DNA from: a virus | IMG/VR virus record: IMGVR_UViG_3300020470_000460 | Span: 10,411-74,410 of that record | Strand: one strand, 5' to 3' | Length of the DNA stretch: 64,000 nucleotides | Notes under the pieces: model-generated | Told to the model about the DNA's origin: nothing | What the model saw: only the letters and a program-made list of their open reading frames with translations | Databases searched by the model: none | Shown here: in pieces, positions 8,526-17,309 of the stretch | Numbering within the stretch: the first letter of the stretch is position 1 | Layout: the number at the start of each line of letters is the position of its first letter | Position numbers and translations under genes: made by a program

Positions 8526-9368
8526 TTAATCTGATTGTAGTCTGGTGAGAAGATTGTCTTGATAAGGTTTGACTCTATCAACACACATTTGATAGTATGT
8601 ATCATCGATCTCAAAACCAATAAAATTTCTGAGCATTTCTAGGCAAATTTGGGCAGATGTGCCCGACCCCATAAAGGGATCTAACACGAGGTCACCCTCG
8701 TTGCTCCACGTATGTATGTGACCACGTGCTAACTCTTCAGGCATGGTAGCAGGGTGTTTGTATGCAGTCTTACTAGACTGTCCAAACCCACCACTATTCT
8801 TTATCCTCCAGATGTTAGTGCGTACGCCCCACTCTTTGATCTCTTTACTCTTCTTACCAGGATCCTTGATTGATCCATCCTTCGCTCTAGTCTGTGCATT
8901 GCCCCATGACTGGTGACCTGCCCACTTATTCTTCTTATCACACAATAGATTGATAGTCTTAGGTTTACCCTTAGATAGTATGAAACAATACTCAAACTGT
9001 TGAGTATATCTCACACTCTTCGGACCAGATGCAAATGCAGTGCCAGTCTTCTCATATATCATTGTATCATGTAATCTTAAACCCAAGTCCATGAAATGTA
9101 ATGCTTGTCTGAATGATGACCCAGACTCACTACCATTTATGGTAGCATCATTTACATTCCACATGATAACACCACCTGGTTTTAACACCCTATTCAGTTG
9201 TGCTGCAACTGCATAGAATGTATTCTGATCCCATTTACTGCTATCATTATATGTCCTTAAGTCATCATAAGGTGGAGAGGTGACCACTAGGTCAACACTC
9301 TCCTGATCCATCTTCTCCATACCTGCTATGCAGTTGAGATGATATGTTTTATTGATTGGTAGGGACAT
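8526..9368 (-). CDS. Beta-class N4-C/N6-A DNA methyltransferase
   Basis: TSPPY (motif IV), HPA.MP, DPFMGSGT (motif I); start MSLPIN at 9368. Confidence 0.9.
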   Translation of the reverse strand: MSLPINKTYHLNCIAGMEKMDQESVDLVVTSPPYDDLRTYNDSSKWDQNTFYAVAAQLNRVLKPGGVIMWNVNDATINGSESGSSFRQALHFMDLGLRLHDTMIYEKTGTAFASGPKSVRYTQQFEYCFILSKGKPKTINLLCDKKNKWAGHQSWGNAQTRAKDGSIKDPGKKSKEIKEWGVRTNIWRIKNSGGFGQSSKTAYKHPATMPEELARGHIHTWSNEGDLVLDPFMGSGTSAQICLEMLRNFIGFEIDDTYYQMCVDRVKPYQDNLLTRLQSD

Positions 9369-9987
9369 ATGTAGGGTATAAGAATTTCTTTGCTGGTCTT
9401 GTGCTACCAAATACACATGTCACAATATGTGCATCATGCTTTGATATCTCAAGAGTAGAGAATCCATTATTATTCTTTACTTCACCAGTCTTCTTGTCTT
9501 TCTTCTGATCATCTCTCCATCTTGTGATAAGAGGTAGAGTCCTCTGTGATAAATCAACTACACTTGCATGTATTTGATCAAACCCATTGTTGTCATTATA
9601 CACTAATTTTGTGCAGAAAACAAGGTCAACCTTAGTTTTACTGTGATTGTTACCAGTTGCAAACGCATGAGGTGACTTGGTACCGAGAGATAGTTTATTC
9701 TCTACCTTCTGCTTCTCTACGATACAATCATAACCAATGCCCTCCTCTTCAATGTAATCCACACCTAGTTCTTTAGCAACTCTACCTAGTTGGACATTGA
9801 AGATAGGTGCAACATACTTAGTCCTATCAACAGTTTGTTGAAACCATTCTCCTAAGTGTGCAAACTCTCCATCACCTGCAATTTCAACACATTTAGCAAT
9901 CCTCTCTGATGTGCGAGTGAGAGCAAGTGGAATGATTTGTTTGAGATCAGCAGCGATGTCGTCGTGCGATGGGGGACGTAATTTCAT
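9349..9987 (-). CDS. Putative PD-(D/E)xK endonuclease (restriction-enzyme-like)
   Basis: GYD-x8-ENK motif; lies between two MTases. Confidence 0.5.
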   Translation of the reverse strand: MKLRPPSHDDIAADLKQIIPLALTRTSERIAKCVEIAGDGEFAHLGEWFQQTVDRTKYVAPIFNVQLGRVAKELGVDYIEEEGIGYDCIVEKQKVENKLSLGTKSPHAFATGNNHSKTKVDLVFCTKLVYNDNNGFDQIHASVVDLSQRTLPLITRWRDDQKKDKKTGEVKNNNGFSTLEISKHDAHIVTCVFGSTRPAKKFLYPTYVPTNQ

Positions 9988-10010
9988 CGTTTTTAAAATT
10001 CTATAGTACT

Positions 10011-10066
10011 ATTATACATCAATCAGAGTCATCTGTATCAGCAGTGCCACCACTTTGTAAACTGGC
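10011..10066 (-). promoter_or_regulatory. Early promoter: TATAAT plus palindrome
   Basis: -10 at 10011-10016; CCA-N10-TGG at 10050-10065. Confidence 0.6.
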
Positions 10067-10972
10067 ATACAGTCCCAATCTCTTCTCTATTAAATTAGAA
10101 TAGTCCTTGTGTAACTCACATCCTAGGTAGTATCTACCCAACTCCTTTGCTACCATTGCAGTGGTACCACTGCCCATAAAGGGATCTAATACTATATCAC
10201 CCCTCTCACTACCTGCTCTAATACATGGTACAATGAGGTCTCTAGGGAATGTAGCAAAGTGTGATCCCTTGTATGGTTTATTAGTTACCGACCATACACT
10301 TCTCTTATTCTTAGTAGGGTATGATTTACTAAGACCAGAGTGAGGTGTGAGTCCTGTCCCTTTATTGTGATACTTACCTTTTGTCCTGTCCCTCGTGCCC
10401 CAATCCCTAGCAGGTTCTTTAATAGCGTCATTGTTATAATAATATTTCTTGCTTTTACTCAATAAAAATATATACTCGTGTGACTTTGTGCACCTATCCT
10501 TCACACTCTCAGGCATTGGATTAGGTTTATGCCATATTATATCCTGTCTTAAATACCATCCATCAGCACGTAATGCAAATGCTAACATCCAAGGTATACC
10601 AATTAAATCTTTTTCTTTGAGTCCTTCGAGTCTATTTCCTCTACGAGGACACACATCTGGTAGGTCTTGTCTAGTATTTGAGACTGTCTGTTTTGCCAGT
10701 CCTTGTCCCCTTCCAGGTCTGTAATTATAGTAACTATCGCCAATATTAACCCAACAAGTTCCATCATCTGTGAGCACATTTCGCACCTCCCTGAATACCT
10801 TTACCAAGTTATCTATGTATTCTTCAGGAGTTTGCTCCTGACCTATTTGATCTTTCTCACCACCATAGTCCCTAAGACCATAATAAGGCGGTGACGTTAC
10901 ACACATCCTCGCCTTATCGATAAATGCTGATAATGTCTCACGACAATCACCATACAATATGGTATCCTTCAT
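10019..10972 (-). CDS. Beta-class DNA methyltransferase (probably N4-cytosine)
   Basis: TSPPYYGLRDY, WHKPNPMPES, HFATFP, DPFMGSGT. Confidence 0.92.
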   Translation of the reverse strand: MKDTILYGDCRETLSAFIDKARMCVTSPPYYGLRDYGGEKDQIGQEQTPEEYIDNLVKVFREVRNVLTDDGTCWVNIGDSYYNYRPGRGQGLAKQTVSNTRQDLPDVCPRRGNRLEGLKEKDLIGIPWMLAFALRADGWYLRQDIIWHKPNPMPESVKDRCTKSHEYIFLLSKSKKYYYNNDAIKEPARDWGTRDRTKGKYHNKGTGLTPHSGLSKSYPTKNKRSVWSVTNKPYKGSHFATFPRDLIVPCIRAGSERGDIVLDPFMGSGTTAMVAKELGRYYLGCELHKDYSNLIEKRLGLYASLQSGGTADTDDSD

Positions 10973-11280
10973 TTATTTTTATTAGTTATATCATATTCTA
11001 TCACAATTTTCTGTGACTGTCTACCCACACTGTTAAGAGTACTATATTCTTTCCACTCACCTTTGAGTAGTCTCTCCATCAAGTTTTTATCTAACCCACA
11101 TAGATTAGTACAATTATCAACAGATTTGCGAACAGATTCTAATCCATCAGGATATACTTGTACCTTAAATCCATGTTTATCTAATTCATTACCATCCTCA
11201 TCATATTTCTTACCATCACCACCTGCCTCTAAGTGTGCAAGATCTTGCTTCTCAGATGGATTAGTATAACTATGTGTCAT
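10969..11280 (-). CDS. Hypothetical protein
   Basis: 103-aa ORF with coupled ends. Confidence 0.65.
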   Translation of the reverse strand: MTHSYTNPSEKQDLAHLEAGGDGKKYDEDGNELDKHGFKVQVYPDGLESVRKSVDNCTNLCGLDKNLMERLLKGEWKEYSTLNSVGRQSQKIVIEYDITNKNK

Positions 11281-11444
11281 TTATCTTTACTCCTATTGAT
11301 TAAAGATATAAACTTATCATTAGCAAATGTCCCACCCAGACACACATCTATCTCATCACCATCTTTCCAATTCTCAGTACCATCCTTCTTAGTGTGTGCT
11401 AGTGCTACTGTTAGATCATCGATGATCTTTTGAGTTATCTTCAT
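11277..11444 (-). CDS. Small hypothetical protein (55 aa, MKITQKIIDDL...WKDGDEIDV)
   Basis: Manual translation; ATGA overlaps at both ends. Confidence 0.7.
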   Translation of the reverse strand: MKITQKIIDDLTVALAHTKKDGTENWKDGDEIDVCLGGTFANDKFISLINRSKDK

Positions 11445-12139
11445 GATAATAGTTCATTTAAAATATAATTATATGCCTTCACTATATCACCTTGTCCCTT
11501 CCTAAACAAATCCTTATCAAATGCCTTACCTTCTTTCCAGAGTCGCATTCCATCAGGTGATAGTTCATCAGCAACGAGTATATTCTGTCTAGAATCATAA
11601 CCAAACTCCAATTTAAAATCAACAAGTGTGAGACCTATATCTTTAAAGGTCTGTATTAGTATAGCATTAATATTACGTGCTAATGACTTGAGTACAGGTA
11701 GATTAGTACCAATATTAGTAAACTTCATTAATGCTATACGATCCTCTGTTAATAGTGGATCATCCTTAGCATCATCCTTAAGATAGAATTCAACTAATGG
11801 TGCATCAAATACTGTACCCTCTTCAATAGTAGTTTGTCTAACAATACTACCTGCTGCTATATTTCTAACTACAACTTCAATTGGTATAATATCTACTCTT
11901 CTACATGCCATTGCTGTTTTAGTTGGCATATTAACATAGTGAGTGGCAATGCCATTCAATTCAAGTAATTGAAATAAGCACTCAGATATCTTAGCACATA
12001 CCTCACCTTTACCCTCTGGAAAATCTACCAGTCTACCATTACCAGCAGTAACCTTGTCCTCATATTGTATGAGTACTGTCTCAGTATCATCAGTAGAGTA
12101 TACTGTCTTAACCTTACCTCTTAACTCTTCAATATTCAT
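11441..12139 (-). CDS. purC: SAICAR synthetase
   Basis: GKVKTVY, IPIEVVVRN.AAGS, LVDFKLEFG, ADELSPD..RLW, DKDLFR. Confidence 0.95.
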   Translation of the reverse strand: MNIEELRGKVKTVYSTDDTETVLIQYEDKVTAGNGRLVDFPEGKGEVCAKISECLFQLLELNGIATHYVNMPTKTAMACRRVDIIPIEVVVRNIAAGSIVRQTTIEEGTVFDAPLVEFYLKDDAKDDPLLTEDRIALMKFTNIGTNLPVLKSLARNINAILIQTFKDIGLTLVDFKLEFGYDSRQNILVADELSPDGMRLWKEGKAFDKDLFRKGQGDIVKAYNYILNELLS

Positions 12140-12465
12140 GATGTAATGTCCTTGGGTAGATCTTCATTGCCTGGATGTTCTTTAATAACACCCTTGTAAT
12201 TCTTTTTATTATAGAAGTGCTCATCTTCAATATACATATCATCCCACTCATCAGGATATACTAGCACATTTGTCTGTGCTACACCATGCAATGTGTCTTT
12301 CTTCTCCCATTCATGTGTGGTAACAGTAATATACTGATCACTTATGAAATTAATAACACCCTCATCTCCATCCTTTAACCTAACCTTCATACCTTTCTTC
12401 AATGATTTAAGAATGTTTCTTATCTCCAAAGGAATTGCCTCCGCTAAGAATATAGGAATGGTCAT
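12136..12465 (-). CDS. Conserved cyanophage hypothetical protein
   Basis: 109-aa ORF in operon. Confidence 0.7.
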   Translation of the reverse strand: MTIPIFLAEAIPLEIRNILKSLKKGMKVRLKDGDEGVINFISDQYITVTTHEWEKKDTLHGVAQTNVLVYPDEWDDMYIEDEHFYNKKNYKGVIKEHPGNEDLPKDITS

Positions 12466-13085
12466 AGTTTTAATTGATGGTCATATCCGAGACCATACTC
12501 ACCTCTTAATATGTAATTGAATGCCATAGAATACCTCTCGTCATTACTATTATTAATATTAATAGAATGTGTTAGATGTGATGGGAAGCATATTATCATA
12601 CCATCCTGCGGTGTGATCCTTGATACCCTCATATTATATGTGTTGTATTCCTTAACCTCTGGATATAGAGTAGTAGTACACCACGTAGGGTAAGTAGCAG
12701 GGACATAAAATGATATATCACCACTATTATATGGTATCTGAAAATACATAACACCACTGAATTGTGCGTTGTTATGTGAATGACCGTGCCCACTATCACC
12801 AGGATTATGTTTATTAATCCATGATGTTGTGTGCTCTAATTGATGTTTAGTCTCGTCTACTTGTAACACATCGTAGACATATTTTGATACATGATACTCA
12901 ACTGTTGCCCTTATTTCTGGTTGTGATACCAACCACTGAGTTTCACTCATCCAACCATTACTATATCCTCCATTGTCATGTTTACAAGGAGTATTAATAA
13001 CCTGCTGAATCATTGCATCAGTCAGATCTATTTTATTAATATATAATGGATTGGAAAATAAAGGAACTATCTGAGGATCTCTCAT
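12462..13085 (-). CDS. 2OG-Fe(II) oxygenase (TIGR02466-like)
   Basis: HSH, SGV.Y, FPSHLTH, RYSMAFN. Confidence 0.88.
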   Translation of the reverse strand: MRDPQIVPLFSNPLYINKIDLTDAMIQQVINTPCKHDNGGYSNGWMSETQWLVSQPEIRATVEYHVSKYVYDVLQVDETKHQLEHTTSWINKHNPGDSGHGHSHNNAQFSGVMYFQIPYNSGDISFYVPATYPTWCTTTLYPEVKEYNTYNMRVSRITPQDGMIICFPSHLTHSININNSNDERYSMAFNYILRGEYGLGYDHQLKL

Positions 13086-13086
13086 A

Positions 13087-13323
13087 TCAAATATGTTTCA
13101 TGTGCAAAGTATCAATAATTGATTCAATCAGTCCCCTATCATTCTCTGGAACATTTCCATAATGCTCGCAAGCATCTTTTTGATAGAAGAATAGTGCCTT
13201 CTTTAATAACTCTTTCTGATCGTGATTAAGAATGGCAGTTTTGAGTGACATGTACATTTGTGACCCCTTCCCCATTAGGTCTTGTGCAGAACTATTTATT
13301 AGTGTATCTAGTTTCTTGGTCAT
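13087..13323 (-). CDS. Hypothetical protein
   Basis: 78-aa ORF. Confidence 0.65.
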   Translation of the reverse strand: MTKKLDTLINSSAQDLMGKGSQMYMSLKTAILNHDQKELLKKALFFYQKDACEHYGNVPENDRGLIESIIDTLHMKHI

Positions 13324-14030
13324 GTCAACAGTAATTTCTCGATTGTCTTGGAATCGAAACCAACGACTCCCATATCATTAGGTGGTGCAATACCACGTTT
13401 GTTATCCATCTCAGCACTGGTGAATAAACTTTGTCTCTTTTTTGGTTCCATGTACTTAAAGGACATGATATATCTATTTATCGGATACCTATTGGTTGGT
13501 GGTCTACCTGAATGGGGTACTCTCCCATCAAATACTACTATTCTACCAGGTATAGGTGACACAATACGTTGTGCTTCTAACCTATGGTCATAGAATACAG
13601 TCTCACCACCAAAGTTAGGATTCCATTCAGGGTTAAGATATAATACTACTGTCTTATTATCCTCTACCCAATATGGTGCGTCTACATGCACACCAGGTGT
13701 ATCACCTGCCTTAAGCACATTAATATATGCACTGTATAACCAGTCACGAGGGGGCATTTTTGGGCAAATTGCTTCCAAATATTCCAGACATTCTAGGTAT
13801 AGTGGATCCTCACTCGCATCTAGTCCTGAATTTTGAAAGTAAGTAGGATCACTAACTGGTGTGAAATTATATAATTGATGTGTCCAATATGTATTCTCTA
13901 ATTGTACCTCTGGTCTTGCTGGAGTTGGTGGATCATCTGTCCGTGTGAACATATAAGGTAAGAACATTACCTTATCAAATAATTCTTGTGATGCTAGTTT
14001 AGTATCAAATACTTCAATTGGAAAGTTCAT
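13320..14030 (-). CDS. 2OG-Fe(II) oxygenase, prolyl-hydroxylase-like
   Basis: HVD, YLNPEW...GGET.F, HSGR, R.....FK. Confidence 0.88.
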   Translation of the reverse strand: MNFPIEVFDTKLASQELFDKVMFLPYMFTRTDDPPTPARPEVQLENTYWTHQLYNFTPVSDPTYFQNSGLDASEDPLYLECLEYLEAICPKMPPRDWLYSAYINVLKAGDTPGVHVDAPYWVEDNKTVVLYLNPEWNPNFGGETVFYDHRLEAQRIVSPIPGRIVVFDGRVPHSGRPPTNRYPINRYIMSFKYMEPKKRQSLFTSAEMDNKRGIAPPNDMGVVGFDSKTIEKLLLT

Positions 14031-14784
14031 GAGTGTTTAGTTTATACCATTTTCTATTAATAGGTCTCAAGTGTGGTAACATATGCTGCATAGGTACACT
14101 AACAGACAATCTCTTACCAGTTGGCATCGCTTGATGATAACAACGTGCTGGAATGTATAATATATCACCTGGTTTTAATACGTGATCTATTACACAATTC
14201 ATCTCTCCTACATTCTCATCATGCTCAAGAGAATCAACTGCAACACTACTTACTTCAAAATCAAACTCATCCTTCAATTGCTTAGGTATCTTCAATAGAT
14301 TACTACATCTATTACTATATACTTTCCAATGTGTCTCTCCTTCTACTTGTATTATAAAATTATTTGCTGTGTCTTCATGCACTCTGAATGAATGACATGG
14401 ACCTAAACCTGCATAGATATGAAATGCTGTCTTACCATCAAAATATTTCTCAAACTCTTGTATTAATTCTTGCTTCTTACGGAACCCTTGATCGAAATTA
14501 TTAATAATTAAATTATGTCCTTCCTCCCATGCTTGCATTATATCTTTTACTTCAGCACATGGATTTGACCAACAACGTTCATACTGTTTAAGATCAAAGA
14601 ACTGTATGATCTGCTTATCAATAAATGTAATAGAATAGAATTGTGGATTGTTGAGACAATACTCTACATCATCCCATGTTGCAAATACATGAGGATCCTC
14701 AACAATACCTTCCCATAGTTCAGGTGCATCATCAATTGCCCAGTTTTTTGCTGTCGATATTTTAGTTAGAAGCGAAGATATCAT
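14014..14784 (-). CDS. JmjC/cupin hydroxylase (RoxA/YcfD-like)
   Basis: F..HED, IQVEG.T.W, L.PGD.LYIP...YH. Confidence 0.85.
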   Translation of the reverse strand: MISSLLTKISTAKNWAIDDAPELWEGIVEDPHVFATWDDVEYCLNNPQFYSITFIDKQIIQFFDLKQYERCWSNPCAEVKDIMQAWEEGHNLIINNFDQGFRKKQELIQEFEKYFDGKTAFHIYAGLGPCHSFRVHEDTANNFIIQVEGETHWKVYSNRCSNLLKIPKQLKDEFDFEVSSVAVDSLEHDENVGEMNCVIDHVLKPGDILYIPARCYHQAMPTGKRLSVSVPMQHMLPHLRPINRKWYKLNTHELSN

Positions 14785-15421
14785 GATCGCATTTAAAATT
14801 AATGTTTAATGTTACACGGTACGCATGGTTACCGTATGGATTAGTTGAAGCATGGAACTGATGTCCATCGAATACAAATAAACTATTTGCTTCAGGTGTT
14901 ACTCTCTTATGTATAGTATATTCTTGGTTCCTTCCTTTATACCATCTCTCATCTACAGTCCCATAGTTAGGGTCATCATATTGATCAAAGAATACTGTAT
15001 CACCATTTGAATCATGTAGATAAAATAGTGCTGCATAATGATCTTCTTCATTATCAGTGTGTGGACAGTTATGGTGTCCCTCCTTACCTATGTCTGTTAT
15101 TAATGCTAATCTTAATCTAAAAAACTCTACCTCATGTGGTAGAGAATCTTGTATAGCATCTATCAATGGTAAGAAATGGGGTAACCAAGGACTCTCTACA
15201 CCATCCTGATCTAATAACATATGGACAAACCCGATGGATCTCTCCTTCTCAGGCACTTCATTCCTTATCTCTTCACCACCAAATTTCATATCAGTAGCGA
15301 AATCATATGATATATCCTCTGATATAAAATACCAAGGAAATCCATTTTGTCCCGATACTATTTTATTTAAGCGAGAGAGGTACGTTGGACCTATTATATC
15401 TTTTTTGTGGATATACTTCAT
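14762..15421 (-). CDS. 2OG-Fe(II) oxygenase
   Basis: PHTD, GDT.FF, FDG...HAS, R...NIN; start MKYIHK at 15421. Confidence 0.85.
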   Translation of the reverse strand: MKYIHKKDIIGPTYLSRLNKIVSGQNGFPWYFISEDISYDFATDMKFGGEEIRNEVPEKERSIGFVHMLLDQDGVESPWLPHFLPLIDAIQDSLPHEVEFFRLRLALITDIGKEGHHNCPHTDNEEDHYAALFYLHDSNGDTVFFDQYDDPNYGTVDERWYKGRNQEYTIHKRVTPEANSLFVFDGHQFHASTNPYGNHAYRVTLNINFKCDHDIFASN

Positions 15422-16049
15422 CTTCACGATAATAATCAGAGAATACGTGCATATTAAATGATAGAGATATTCTATCATCCTCACTAGCACTTCTATCAAC
15501 GCTGTGCATTAACCATGATGGAAATATTACCATAGTACCAGGTTTTGGTTGCACATACCAATTGACGTAATTATGCTGATGCTCATGCCTATCAAAATTC
15601 TCATCGCATCCCCATGATTCTTTGAGACATTGATCTGCATATGGTCTGTGGAATTGTAATTCACCACAACAGCAGTTAGGTATCTTTGCATAGTATACAC
15701 CAGCAAACATTGATCCTGAATGCGTGTGGACTGCATTACTATCACCATACTTATTAATGTTTGCCCAGAGATTACTTAATCTAACAGTATAATCATTAAA
15801 TCCAAACTCATCAGCAGCAGCATATGTATTTAATTGTATCTGCTTATGTAAGTCTTTAAATGGTGTGTTATCAATATATGGTACTACAAAATTATTTGAT
15901 TGCCATCCACCGATATTAGATTTACTCATACCTTTAGGATCTTCCTTCTGCACCTCATAGATAAAATCTACTATTAGATCATTATCTAGATCACAGTCCT
16001 CAAATATCCACAGTGGTGTGGGAAATAATAACTCAGTCCTTAGTTGCAT
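15363..16049 (-). CDS. 2OG-Fe(II) oxygenase (TIGR02466-like)
   Basis: LFPTP, SN.GGWQS, HTH, FPSWLMH, RISLSFN. Confidence 0.9.
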   Translation of the reverse strand: MQLRTELLFPTPLWIFEDCDLDNDLIVDFIYEVQKEDPKGMSKSNIGGWQSNNFVVPYIDNTPFKDLHKQIQLNTYAAADEFGFNDYTVRLSNLWANINKYGDSNAVHTHSGSMFAGVYYAKIPNCCCGELQFHRPYADQCLKESWGCDENFDRHEHQHNYVNWYVQPKPGTMVIFPSWLMHSVDRSASEDDRISLSFNMHVFSDYYREDEVYPQKRYNRSNVPLSLK

Positions 16050-16425
16050 CCTCGGTTACCTCTTCACTAGCAGGGAGTGCACCCTGTGGTTCTTCATCAT
16101 TATTAAATACAAAATCTCTTTCAGTTATATTAGGATCAACATGCTTTTTAAATAATGCTAGTGCTTCAACTGCACCACTTAACTTATTAAGTGTATCCTT
16201 CTTAGTCTGCAAATCTTCTAGTGATATCTTAGTAATAGTACTAGTATAGTGCATATTATCTAACGCTTCTTGGAGTTTATAATACTCACTCTTAGTATCT
16301 TCATACTGTTGTAGAAAGTTCATTACCAATTCGTCAAAGGATATAAGACCTTCAATTTCGTTTGGCAGTTCAGTTGATAATCCTGCTTTCTCAGCAAGAT
16401 TCACTTCTCTTACGTCTTCTGGCAT
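16033..16425 (-). CDS. Hypothetical coiled-coil protein
   Basis: 130-aa ORF, coupled. Confidence 0.7.
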   Translation of the reverse strand: MPEDVREVNLAEKAGLSTELPNEIEGLISFDELVMNFLQQYEDTKSEYYKLQEALDNMHYTSTITKISLEDLQTKKDTLNKLSGAVEALALFKKHVDPNITERDFVFNNDEEPQGALPASEEVTEDATKD

Positions 16426-17309
16426 TACTCAAACCTCTCTTTGTTTTTATTTAGGGAAAGAATTTTCTTTTGATTGTCGATGCGTCCTTTAAGTGTGGTC
16501 ATCTCAGGGAAACTCATGTACCTGTGATAGTCCATGATTTCATTATTCTTAATGTCCTCCTCATTAGCATCTTCAACTATAACATCAAACTCATCATTAT
16601 TCAACCATTGTCTTGGAATAGGAATCCATTGAGCGAGTGGTGTACCTGCCTTAACAAGATACTCACCCTCTTCAATGGCATGCCAGAATAATTGTAGATT
16701 GACTTCATATGAATAGGATGGATCTACTATACCTGTTGGTATACTAAACCTATCTTCATCATAATATGGCACTGGTATCTGTAAGAATACCACATCTTTA
16801 TGTGCTTGCACCCTCCAAGGTAGTTCTAATTTAACTACCATAGAGTTAGTTGGTCTCTGTTGATCAACTAAGTGTGACATACCCTCTGTCTGCTCAGGTG
16901 CATGTGCTTTAACAAATGATTTACCACCTGCATCAAATAATACTTGTGATATCCAAGAGAAATTCTTTGCTTCACCATCTTGTGATATAACAAAATCTGC
17001 TGGACATTGTAGTACCCATCCACTCTCAAATAATTGATGTAATGCTGGACATGTTGCTGCGTGTTGGAATAAACCATCATAATCTGCATCACCTACACCA
17101 TAATTAAGTAATGCAGTGTGATGATTAAATAGTTTCTTGACCTTCATTACAGGACAAGCACTATCCTTACCATAATATTTCTTTAGTGCATCATTTACCC
17201 ACTTTCTTTTTATCTTCTTAGCAGGTATCCAAGGTTGTAATGCTGCCACACCTCGTTGTACTGAGTAGAATCTTACCCACTTCTTGTTCTTTTTAAACGG
17301 ATTCCACAT
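16425..17309 (-). CDS. Conserved phage protein (DUF6065/dUTPase-fold-like)
   Basis: CP...GW...P.D, PW, GIVD, KAGTPLAQ.IP motifs. Confidence 0.55.
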   Translation of the reverse strand: MWNPFKKNKKWVRFYSVQRGVAALQPWIPAKKIKRKWVNDALKKYYGKDSACPVMKVKKLFNHHTALLNYGVGDADYDGLFQHAATCPALHQLFESGWVLQCPADFVISQDGEAKNFSWISQVLFDAGGKSFVKAHAPEQTEGMSHLVDQQRPTNSMVVKLELPWRVQAHKDVVFLQIPVPYYDEDRFSIPTGIVDPSYSYEVNLQLFWHAIEEGEYLVKAGTPLAQWIPIPRQWLNNDEFDVIVEDANEEDIKNNEIMDYHRYMSFPEMTTLKGRIDNQKKILSLNKNKERFE

